Positions 29,897 through 37,920 of a stretch of DNA of 64,000 nt are shown piece after piece. The notes beneath the pieces were generated by a model. That model saw only the letters and a list, made by a program, of their open reading frames with translations. It had not been told where the DNA came from and made no database searches. The stretch spans positions 8,328-72,327 of the forward strand of contig JAOZQY010000009.1 of NCBI GenBank assembly GCA_029931975.1, in the 5' to 3' direction. The translations under genes and the position numbers were made by a program. This DNA is from Bacteroidales bacterium (GTDB lineage: Bacteria > Bacteroidota > Bacteroidia > Bacteroidales > GCA-2748055). Each line of letters opens with the position of its first letter. The stretch's first letter is position 1.

Positions 29897-32800
29897 TCTA
29901 ACTTCCTGATGAATCCGATAATCGCATTGGAAACGGCTCTTGGTTCAGGGGGAAGGGCATAAATATCCCTGTCATAACTGCTGTTATAAGGAGATATATT
30001 CAAGGTCTCGCCCCCCACCACCAGGGTGCTGCTTCCTCCCGGATCAAAACCCATGGCCCGTTCCATTCCCTGATTGATCAGGATCCCGGCCATGTCCCCA
30101 TGGGTGGCCCCCACCGACTCCCTTATCCTTCCATTGATGGTGAGTACAACCATTTCATTCTTCCTGTTAATTCCCACGGCAATTTTTGGCCCTCGCATTT
30201 CAGTATAATCGAGCCGGGCAGCCTGCGTACGAATTGAATTCTCACTAAGCCAACCCTCTATTTCCATATCAATCACACATTTCCCTCCATCCAGCAGGAG
30301 TGGTCCTGCCTCAACAGCATGTAAAACCTCTTCCAGTCCAGGCACTTCAAGGCCCAGTTGATCTCCTGCTTTTATTTCTCCGGGCATGTCTCTCTCATTC
30401 AGGGCCAATGTAAGACCCACCGGCACTACCGGCACCCGTTCTTCCTCTCCGGTATTCAACACTTCCTTTACCACATTTCCCGATAAACGAATAATAGTTC
30501 TCCCGTTTCCCTGTATATAATTCGATGGATAAAGCAGATCATAATAAGCTGTGGAAGCCCCGGCATCTTTCTTGTTATATTGGGAGTTATCCATCTCAAT
30601 CACATGCTCTTTCCATGATATCCTCAGTCCCCCGCTGCAATTTACTCTTTGAATATCAACCGAACCGTTTCTATACAGCAACAGGGCCGGCTTATTAAAA
30701 AGGGGAGCAGCGCTCATCTGGCCTTCTGTGATCAATAATCCCAGCGGTGAACCGATATAGGTTTCGGGCAAACCAAGTTTTCCGACCAGTTCAGGATTCA
30801 GGATATATCCTCCATTCCAGGCAATTTGCGCAGATATGCCCCTTTTTCTTTTAAATTCTCTTACAAACTGACCAACCGTAATGGGCCTGCCTGTAGCTGA
30901 AACGGTAGCAAAATCCCAAATCTCTTTTTTGTAATTGAGCCTGGCAATGGCACCATTGTAGGGCATCCCATCTTTATATATGCCGCTCAGGAAATGATAA
31001 GAAACCGGCCCTGATGTTTTTGCCTTTTCATCCAGAGTGCCAAGAACGTGTTTAAGCGGGCTTCCGTTCTTTGAGGCATCTTCCTTCAGAGCCATCATTA
31101 AGGCCTTCTCTCCCATTTTTTTTGCTACCCGCTTATAGAGATCGCTTTTCAATCCTCTGTCGAAATCTTTTGCTGTTTGAACAGGACAGGGATATGCAAG
31201 TGTTGCCCTTACCCCTGCGGGAATAAATTGTATATATCCACTGTTTAAGGGAATCCCCATCATATGGGCAGTAAATTCATTGAGAACCTTACCAATATGA
31301 AAGCGGTCCATATCAACCATATCGGTCATCATGGAGGCATTACTGCGATTAGTAAGGATACATCCATGCTGATCCCTGATCATTCTTAACACCTTCAGAG
31401 CTCTGCCCCCCAGCTGGGGAAAGTGGATCCCCACGCATACTTGTTTTGTCCGTATGATCTGAATCAGCTTAAACTCATAGAGCAGTTTTAGCTCCTCGGA
31501 AACGCCATTTATGATATAATCTGTTATCTCATCCTTATTCAGCTGTTTTCCTAGATTTTTTTCCTGTGCAAAAATATAGACCGGCTGAAGATTTTCGGCC
31601 TCCTCCTCCAACAATTCCCTGGTAATCATTTGTTCCAGGGGAAGTTTCATCCTGGAACGAATACTCTGCACGGCAAAGAAATCCAACTCATACATAATGT
31701 AGGCTCCGGGAAAATAAGCAATGGGTAAATTATTCCTGAGCCGCTCAATGAGCCGCTTCCGGTTATCAATGGCCAGGTGGGAGCTTCCGGTTAACTGCAA
31801 GAGAGCCAGGTTCCAGTCGGTAAAAAACTGGGGACTGAGGTCCACCTTATTCAATGGAACAGGTTGAACAATACTAATATAAAGCAGGTTAATAAGACCG
31901 GTAAGCTCCTGGAAGGTGTAATCCTGATAAGGATAATGGTAGCTGTTGCGATGCCGGTACGACATGGAGTGGTCGTGCTGAACGCCATGTTCACCCTCCT
32001 TAAATTCAAAAAGAGTTTCCACTGCATTAAAGAATTGGTTAATTATCTTTTCAGGAACAAAACCAGAATCAGGATCATTGCTGATAATGGAGCGCGAAAA
32101 GTGAAAGGCCATGCCCCGGATACGCTGTTGTTCAATGCGGAAAAAACTGGGATCAATAAGGGATTTCAACATAAACATAAAGGAGAGCTTAGAATAGCCG
32201 GGAAGATACTGTCTGTGCCGGGTGTCCAGCAAGGCTTCCAGGTGCTCATTGGAAAAACAGACCATCTCCTTGTAATCGTCCATACTCTCTCGGACAATCC
32301 TCAGAATTTTCTCGTTTCCTCTCAGCTGACTGTAAAGCTGGTGCAAAATCTGGTCCAGATTTTCATTAAGGGCGTCCAGGCTGTAACGTTTATATACTAC
32401 CCGCCGGTTGTGTCTGATCTCTTCAGTAAAACGATGGGGAAAAAATATCCTTTCGATGATCCTCTTTACCAGTCGGTCTGATATTTTCTTTCCCCTGAAT
32501 TCAAGTACTTTTAAGCGATCCCTTTCGCTCAGGTGCTCCCCTATCACTTCAGAGTAAACCCTTTCCGGCTCATATCTTCTGCAGAAAATCGGGGTTCCAC
32601 AGGCAGTTGCCTCTATAATGGGCAAGCCGCGACCTTCTGTTTTACTGGGCAATAGAACCAGGGAGGATATATTATACAGTTCTGCGATGCCCACAGGAGC
32701 ATCAAACCTGGCCTTAAACGAGTCCCGGTCCAACTCTCCAAACAAGAGCCCCAGGAAAATCCGGTCTCTTTGTTCGGGGAGCGCCTCTTGCAAAAGCTCA

Positions 32801-34056
32801 CCGAATCGTTCTACCAGCTTTTTATAATAGCCGTAATGTCCGCCAGCTATGGGCCCGGTGATAAGCAGGGTCATTTTCAGATGCGGGGTCTTCCTGAACC
32901 TTAGAACCATCTCCTCTTCCTGGAACATCCTCATTAAGAGGTTGAAAGACGTTTCAATTCGCTTCCTGGAAATAATTCTTGTGGGCTGTAGAAGAATAAT
33001 ATTCTCCCCGATAAAGTACTTTACCGGAGCCGTTCCTGCCCCTATAAGAATCGGTCTGTGATTGTCCTCAGCCACAAGGTTGCCCCCGATTACATCCTCA
33101 ACAGAATAAGAGATCAGTTGTTTTCTGTATCCCGAAAAAGCTTTCTCCAGCTGGAGAAAGGTATTAATGTTTTTACGCTTATCGCTTTTTGTATAGTGTG
33201 ATGTATCCACAGCTGTTCCAATCTCCATCACATTGGCCGGATTATGGCCCCTGGTTCGAACCAGGTGTTCGCTCTGTGCCCTGTTAATATTGACATTGAT
33301 CCATGAGCGAGACTGCCAGGGGTAGAGCATTTCAATAATAGAAAACACCTCTCCCAGGTGACTGTTGGTAAAAAAGAAATCCCGGGGGCCGGTCCTGCTG
33401 CCTTCCTTTTTCCTGTCGGAAGCCGACATCCCGCCCTCCCAGTAAAAATCATGGTTGTTACTAATCACCGGGATTTTCATCATTTCCGATAACAAAACAG
33501 AGGCAAGGGCAAAGGCCACATTGCCCGGATTCGAGCACACGTTGATAGCATAGAACAGGTTAATCCCCTGTTCTTCAATATAAGCACCCAGTTTTTCAAC
33601 GATTACAAGTGTCTGGCTCCATAATCTCTTGATTAACTCATTATATACCGAGCTTCCCCTTTCAAGTTTTGTTGAATATAAATCCTTGTATAACTCCCAA
33701 TCGTCAAACCCTGCTAATTCGGGAATCACCTTTTGTTTATACTCCTTATTAATAAAAGGGATTGTTTTTGTATTGATCTCCCCGGCAATATAGTGAACAG
33801 CAATGCCGGGCACATTGCGTCTGATCAGAGATGCATATTTATCTGCCTCGATTGTTACCCCATCCACCATGTAATGAAATGTCAGGAAAGCTACTCCCCC
33901 GGTTCTTAAACTCTCCTTAAAATCATCATAGGTCCCGTCAAATTGTATGGCGGGATATTCCTGCTCTTCTCTAAACCGATCTAAAAAGAGCCCCAGGTCA
34001 AACCAGGTTTCAATTGTCTCTTCATTCAGTAAAGCAAGTAATGAGTCAAGTTTCAT
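29893..34056 (-). CDS. 1387-aa multidomain protein: GT4-like glycosyltransferase region, unassigned central region and C-terminal phosphodiester glycosidase (NAGPA/DUF2233-like) domain
   Basis: aa ~50-575 carry LLPSKTEGRGLPIIEATACGTPIF and LQPTRIISRKRIE...LLITG. aa ~1030-1387 carry AWNGGYILNPE, GSPLGLLITEG, EAGPLLLDGG, KIAVGINRKNEMVVLTINGR and AMGFDPGGSSTLVV. The N-terminus is acidic and not a signal peptide. Confidence 0.75.
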   Translation of the reverse strand: MKLDSLLALLNEETIETWFDLGLFLDRFREEQEYPAIQFDGTYDDFKESLRTGGVAFLTFHYMVDGVTIEADKYASLIRRNVPGIAVHYIAGEINTKTIPFINKEYKQKVIPELAGFDDWELYKDLYSTKLERGSSVYNELIKRLWSQTLVIVEKLGAYIEEQGINLFYAINVCSNPGNVAFALASVLLSEMMKIPVISNNHDFYWEGGMSASDRKKEGSRTGPRDFFFTNSHLGEVFSIIEMLYPWQSRSWINVNINRAQSEHLVRTRGHNPANVMEIGTAVDTSHYTKSDKRKNINTFLQLEKAFSGYRKQLISYSVEDVIGGNLVAEDNHRPILIGAGTAPVKYFIGENIILLQPTRIISRKRIETSFNLLMRMFQEEEMVLRFRKTPHLKMTLLITGPIAGGHYGYYKKLVERFGELLQEALPEQRDRIFLGLLFGELDRDSFKARFDAPVGIAELYNISSLVLLPSKTEGRGLPIIEATACGTPIFCRRYEPERVYSEVIGEHLSERDRLKVLEFRGKKISDRLVKRIIERIFFPHRFTEEIRHNRRVVYKRYSLDALNENLDQILHQLYSQLRGNEKILRIVRESMDDYKEMVCFSNEHLEALLDTRHRQYLPGYSKLSFMFMLKSLIDPSFFRIEQQRIRGMAFHFSRSIISNDPDSGFVPEKIINQFFNAVETLFEFKEGEHGVQHDHSMSYRHRNSYHYPYQDYTFQELTGLINLLYISIVQPVPLNKVDLSPQFFTDWNLALLQLTGSSHLAIDNRKRLIERLRNNLPIAYFPGAYIMYELDFFAVQSIRSRMKLPLEQMITRELLEEEAENLQPVYIFAQEKNLGKQLNKDEITDYIINGVSEELKLLYEFKLIQIIRTKQVCVGIHFPQLGGRALKVLRMIRDQHGCILTNRSNASMMTDMVDMDRFHIGKVLNEFTAHMMGIPLNSGYIQFIPAGVRATLAYPCPVQTAKDFDRGLKSDLYKRVAKKMGEKALMMALKEDASKNGSPLKHVLGTLDEKAKTSGPVSYHFLSGIYKDGMPYNGAIARLNYKKEIWDFATVSATGRPITVGQFVREFKRKRGISAQIAWNGGYILNPELVGKLGLPETYIGSPLGLLITEGQMSAAPLFNKPALLLYRNGSVDIQRVNCSGGLRISWKEHVIEMDNSQYNKKDAGASTAYYDLLYPSNYIQGNGRTIIRLSGNVVKEVLNTGEEERVPVVPVGLTLALNERDMPGEIKAGDQLGLEVPGLEEVLHAVEAGPLLLDGGKCVIDMEIEGWLSENSIRTQAARLDYTEMRGPKIAVGINRKNEMVVLTINGRIRESVGATHGDMAGILINQGMERAMGFDPGGSSTLVVGGETLNISPYNSSYDRDIYALPPEPRAVSNAIIGFIRKLE

Positions 34057-34104
34057 TTCAAAATATTTATCATCTTTGTGCTGGATTTACAAGACTGGCC
34101 AGTT

Positions 34105-34497
34105 ATGCTAAGGTACGCCTTCCAATATAAATTTTCTATCCTGTTGGGTATTATGATTGCTCTTTTGAGCCTTCTTCCCGGAAGCAGCCTGCCTGGTTCA
34201 TCTCTTTTTAATATCCCCCATTTTGACAAAATCGCTCATTTTTCCATGTATGCCCTTTTTGGTTTTGTGGCGCTGATAGAGAGCCGCTGCAGCGGTTTGT
34301 GTTATGGATATCATTTCTTGCTTCTCGTGGCCATCTTGCTTCTCAGTGCCCTGATCGAAATCCTTCAGGCCACGGTTGTGGAAAGTCGGGGAGCAGAATG
34401 GTATGATCTTCTGGCAAATTTTATCGGTCTTGTGGGAGCTTATCTGGTGTTCCGCTTGATTGGTTCTTCCGGCATTTTCAGCTTCCTCAGATCCTGA
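34105..34497 (+). CDS. VanZ-like membrane protein
   Basis: Four TM helices, FDKIAHFSMYALFG and YDLLANFIG motifs. Start placed at ATG 34105. Confidence 0.6.
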   Translation: MLRYAFQYKFSILLGIMIALLSLLPGSSLPGSSLFNIPHFDKIAHFSMYALFGFVALIESRCSGLCYGYHFLLLVAILLLSALIEILQATVVESRGAEWYDLLANFIGLVGAYLVFRLIGSSGIFSFLRS

Positions 34498-34918
34498 TCC
34501 TCTCCTTTCCCTCTCTGAACTCGGAAACCAGATCGGCTATTGTTTCAGAAGCAAAAATCCTTTTTATTTCACTTCTTAGGGGAGCCAGTTTATGATGCAT
34601 GCTACAGGGTTTATCGCCATCGCAGTGTGTGGTTCTTATTACACAATTGTCAAAGATCTCTTTCCCTTCTATTATTTCTATGACCTCCATTAAAGGTATG
34701 TCGAGAGCTGGTTTATTCAGGCAAAAACCACCATGAGGTCCTTTGGTGGAGTCCAGTAATTGATGTTTTACAAGCATTTGCAAAATTTTTCCCAGAAAAG
34801 GAGCAGGTATATTCAGTTCTCCTGCAACTTTTTTGATCCCCGCTCTATTTTTTTTATTTGAATAAAGTTCTAGATAAATCAGCGCCCTGATAGCATATTT
34901 GCTGGTATTTGATAACAT
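34487..34918 (-). CDS. Rrf2-family transcriptional regulator with a three-Cys cluster motif
   Basis: N-terminal wHTH (SKYAIRALIYL...IKKVAGELNIPAPFLGKILQML). CVIRTTHCDGDKPC (C-x6-C-x5-C) resembles the Fe-S ligand spacing of IscR/NsrR. Confidence 0.85.
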   Translation of the reverse strand: MLSNTSKYAIRALIYLELYSNKKNRAGIKKVAGELNIPAPFLGKILQMLVKHQLLDSTKGPHGGFCLNKPALDIPLMEVIEIIEGKEIFDNCVIRTTHCDGDKPCSMHHKLAPLRSEIKRIFASETIADLVSEFREGKERIRI

Positions 34919-35090
34919 CTTTTTACTGTAGCATGGAAATGGTTCCTTTCATTTTCTGCTTTTTTAACAATCCAATGGTTAATTTGTTGTTGATTTAATT
35001 TGAAAAACAGACTCCGGCCCGGCCTCTTCCGACTAACCCGGGAAATACGCTAACTTTACCATGAATCATAAACAGATTGTCAACAGTCAT

Positions 35091-35098
35091 TATCTTTG
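35091..35098 (+). promoter_or_regulatory. -7 box candidate TATCTTTG, 227 nt upstream of nadA
   Basis: Matches TAnnTTTG. It would start a transcript at the 35104-35127 stem-loop and give nadA a leader of about 220 nt. Confidence 0.3.
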
Positions 35099-35103
35099 TT
35101 CCG

Positions 35104-35127
35104 GAGAGGTTTTTATTAAAACCTCTC
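35104..35127. repeat. perfect inverted repeat / stem-loop GAGAGGTTTT-tatt-AAAACCTCTC
   Basis: Read directly: 10-bp arms with a 4-nt spacer. It begins 6 nt after a TATCTTTG box. Confidence 0.8.
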
Positions 35128-35128
35128 G

Positions 35129-35138
35129 CTGTTAACAG
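35129..35138. repeat. perfect 10-bp palindrome CTGTTAACAG
   Basis: Read directly. It lies immediately 3' of the stem-loop. Confidence 0.8.
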
Positions 35139-35324
35139 ATGTTAAACTATATTATAACATACCCGTATTCAAAACATAACAATCATACCGCTTGTTAATA
35201 AAATGTGTGAAATCTTTCAATAATCAAATATGCAAAGATACCATCTCTTTTTTCAAAACAGAATCAACCGCCTATCATCATCATCTAAAAGATTTAGTCT
35301 TTAATATTATAATATATATATAAA

Positions 35325-36326
35325 ATGAATATTGTGAATAAATCAGAAATTGTGCGCTTAGGTTTTATTGATATTGATGTGGATAAGTCTCTCGATATTA
35401 TTGAAGAGATCAATCGTATGCGAAAAGAGAAGAATGCAGTTATCCTGGCTCATTTTTATCAGGACGGCAGTATACAGGATATTGCTGATTTTGTTGGTGA
35501 TAGTCTGGGTTTGTCGCAACAGGCGGCCAAAACAGGAGCTGATATTATTCTTTTTGCCGGAGTGCATTTTATGGCTGAAACAGCGAAAATTCTTGCACCA
35601 GAAAAGAAGGTTTTGATTCCGGATCTGCAGGCAGGATGTTCCCTTGCCGATTCCTGTCCGCCCGATGATTTTGCTGCATTTATCAAGAAACATCCTGGGT
35701 ATACCGTGATTTCTTATGTAAATACCACTGCCGATATTAAGGCTTTGACAGACATTATTTGTACCTCAACCAATGCGCTACAGATAGTTGAGAGTTTACC
35801 TGAAGATGAGAAGATCATTTTTGCACCTGACCGGAATCTGGGGAATTACATTAAAAGTGTCACAGGGAGGGAAATGCTTATATGGGATGGGGCATGCCAT
35901 GTGCATGAGGCATTCAGTTTGGAGAGAATTCTTGAACTGAAAAATCAAAATCCTGATGCTCAAATAATTGCACATCCCGAATGTGAGAAGCAAATTCTGA
36001 TTGTAGCAGATCATATAGGATCTACTACCTCCTTATTGAATTACACAGTAAGGAACGAAGGCAAAAAATTCATCGTAGCAACGGAATCAGGAATTTTACA
36101 CCAGATGCAAAAGGAGAGCCCGGATAAACTTTTTATTCCAGCTCCTCCTAATGATTCGACTTGTGCCTGCAATGATTGTGAGTATATGAAAATGATTACT
36201 CTCAAAAAGATTTATAATACTTTGAAGTATGAGCTTCCTGAAATAACTTTGGAACAGGATTTGATGGATCAGGCAAGGGGTTCGATCCTTAGAATGCTTG
36301 AAATATCTGACAGGCTTAAATTATAA
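35325..36326 (+). CDS. nadA: quinolinate synthase
   Basis: ILAHFYQDGSIQDIADFVGDSL, HFMAETAKIL and conserved Cys ligands (GCSLADSC, DGACHVHE, TCACNDCEYMK). Confidence 0.9.
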   Translation: MNIVNKSEIVRLGFIDIDVDKSLDIIEEINRMRKEKNAVILAHFYQDGSIQDIADFVGDSLGLSQQAAKTGADIILFAGVHFMAETAKILAPEKKVLIPDLQAGCSLADSCPPDDFAAFIKKHPGYTVISYVNTTADIKALTDIICTSTNALQIVESLPEDEKIIFAPDRNLGNYIKSVTGREMLIWDGACHVHEAFSLERILELKNQNPDAQIIAHPECEKQILIVADHIGSTTSLLNYTVRNEGKKFIVATESGILHQMQKESPDKLFIPAPPNDSTCACNDCEYMKMITLKKIYNTLKYELPEITLEQDLMDQARGSILRMLEISDRLKL

Positions 36327-36335
36327 AACAGCTTC

Positions 36336-37913
36336 ATGTTACAGAATTGTATACGAAATTTAGTACTTGTCCTGTTTTTTGGATTGAATGCTATCCAGGT
36401 GTTTGGCCGGGAACAAACAAAGGATAGCACTTTCGTTCAGTTTTTTTATCCAAACGGCCAGGTGTCCAGCGAGGGTATAATGATAGATGGAAAACCTGAT
36501 GCATACTGGCGCACCTATTATGTTACAGGAATCATCAAGTCGGAAGGAAAGCGTACCAACTTTTTATTGGATAGTATATGGAATTTTTACAATCAGGCCG
36601 GAGAGCTGACTCAACAAATCAGTTATAAACTTGGCGTGAAAAGCGGGTATGCTAATACATTTATTTTTGATAATCCTCAAAATCCCGGACAGGCCACATT
36701 GATTTCCAGGGAGTTATATATAATGGGAAAAAAGGAGGGGAAATCATTTTATTATCATCCAACGGGCGAATTAAAACTGATTGTATTTTATAAAAATGGG
36801 AAGAAGCAAGGTTTGTCCAGGGAGTTTTCAAAGGACAGCACCCTCGTGACTGTAGTCCAGTATAAAGATAATTATGTTATTGACAAGGAGCGTGTTAACA
36901 GGGTGGATGAAGAAGGAAAAAGACAGGGAACTTACAGGGAGTATTACGAGAACGGGAAGATCAAAAAAGAAGAGCATTATCTGGATGATGAACTTCATGG
37001 ATACTACAGGGAGTTTAACGGGAAAGGAGAGCTGGTAATGGCCATGCGTTATGAACGTGGTAAAATGATGGAGGAGATAGATGAGGATATGAAAGAGTTG
37101 CTCGATATGAAAAGCACTTATGATCAACAGGGGAGGCTTATTTTTACCGGAGGATACAAGGAGGGAGTTCCTGTTGGGATTCATCGTTTCTATGATACAA
37201 CAGGAGTGGTTGAAAATGCCTACCTCTATAATGAGCTGGGTCAGAAAGTTTCAGAGGGTATTATTGATGAGCAGGGTAAACGAGAAGGATCGTGGACTGA
37301 TTTTTACCCAAGTGGAAAAATCAGGGCAAAAGGCACTTATGTAAATAGCAAGAGATCGGGGACCTGGACCTACTTTTTTCCTAATGGAGGTATTGAGCAG
37401 AAAGGAAAATTCGAAAGAGACAGATACCGTGGAATCTGGAACTGGTTCTATCCCAATGGAAATATCTGGCGGGAAGAGAGCTATTTTAACGGTCGGGAAG
37501 ACGGAACCTTTGTTGAATATGACCCTGAAGGAAAGATTCTGACCAGGGGAAATTATATTGGTGGTGAAAAAGAGGGAGAATGGCTTTACCAGGTTGGTGA
37601 TCATGAAGAAAGGGGGTCCTATCAGATTGGTTTGCGTGAGGGGGACTGGAAATATTATTATCCCAATGGCAAATTGAAGTATGAGGGTACTTATTTACAG
37701 GGGAATCCCGACAAGAGGCACAAATATTATTATCCGGATGGTACCCTAAAGGAGGAGAAGTATTATGAATTGGGAATCAGGGAAAAGAATTGGAAAAAGT
37801 ATGATAAAAGTGGAAATCTGGTGTTGACCATTACATACAAGAACAATGAGGAGATAAGGATTAATGGAGTAAAAATTAAACTACCTGAAGATGATATTAA
37901 ATTAATTCGTTGA
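36336..37913 (+). CDS. secreted MORN-variant (YwqK-like) repeat protein
   Basis: Signal peptide and at least 10 degenerate repeats of the form G-W-YY-NGK--EG-Y--GK--G-W (for example [20 protein letters not shown]). Confidence 0.7.
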   Translation: MLQNCIRNLVLVLFFGLNAIQVFGREQTKDSTFVQFFYPNGQVSSEGIMIDGKPDAYWRTYYVTGIIKSEGKRTNFLLDSIWNFYNQAGELTQQISYKLGVKSGYANTFIFDNPQNPGQATLISRELYIMGKKEGKSFYYHPTGELKLIVFYKNGKKQGLSREFSKDSTLVTVVQYKDNYVIDKERVNRVDEEGKRQGTYREYYENGKIKKEEHYLDDELHGYYREFNGKGELVMAMRYERGKMMEEIDEDMKELLDMKSTYDQQGRLIFTGGYKEGVPVGIHRFYDTTGVVENAYLYNELGQKVSEGIIDEQGKREGSWTDFYPSGKIRAKGTYVNSKRSGTWTYFFPNGGIEQKGKFERDRYRGIWNWFYPNGNIWREESYFNGREDGTFVEYDPEGKILTRGNYIGGEKEGEWLYQVGDHEERGSYQIGLREGDWKYYYPNGKLKYEGTYLQGNPDKRHKYYYPDGTLKEEKYYELGIREKNWKKYDKSGNLVLTITYKNNEEIRINGVKIKLPEDDIKLIR

Positions 37914-37920
37914 TTGCAGC

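Larger units (their letters stand above)
34919..35324. other. 406-bp AT-rich ORF-free intergenic region between divergent genes; candidate oriC or skew switch point
   Basis: No ORF of 60 aa or more on either strand. 35141-35324 is about 25% GC by hand count, and 35300-35326 is a pure A/T tract. The strand asymmetry of flanking genes inverts here (see findings). Only weak DnaA-box matches were found. Confidence 0.35.

Noticed and set aside
34919-35324. An NAD+ (nadA-motif) riboswitch upstream of nadA.
   Set aside because: CAACA-like strings are present, but I cannot fold the region into the tandem bulged stem-loops of that class. To my knowledge the class is restricted to other phyla. A covariance-model scan is needed before any claim.
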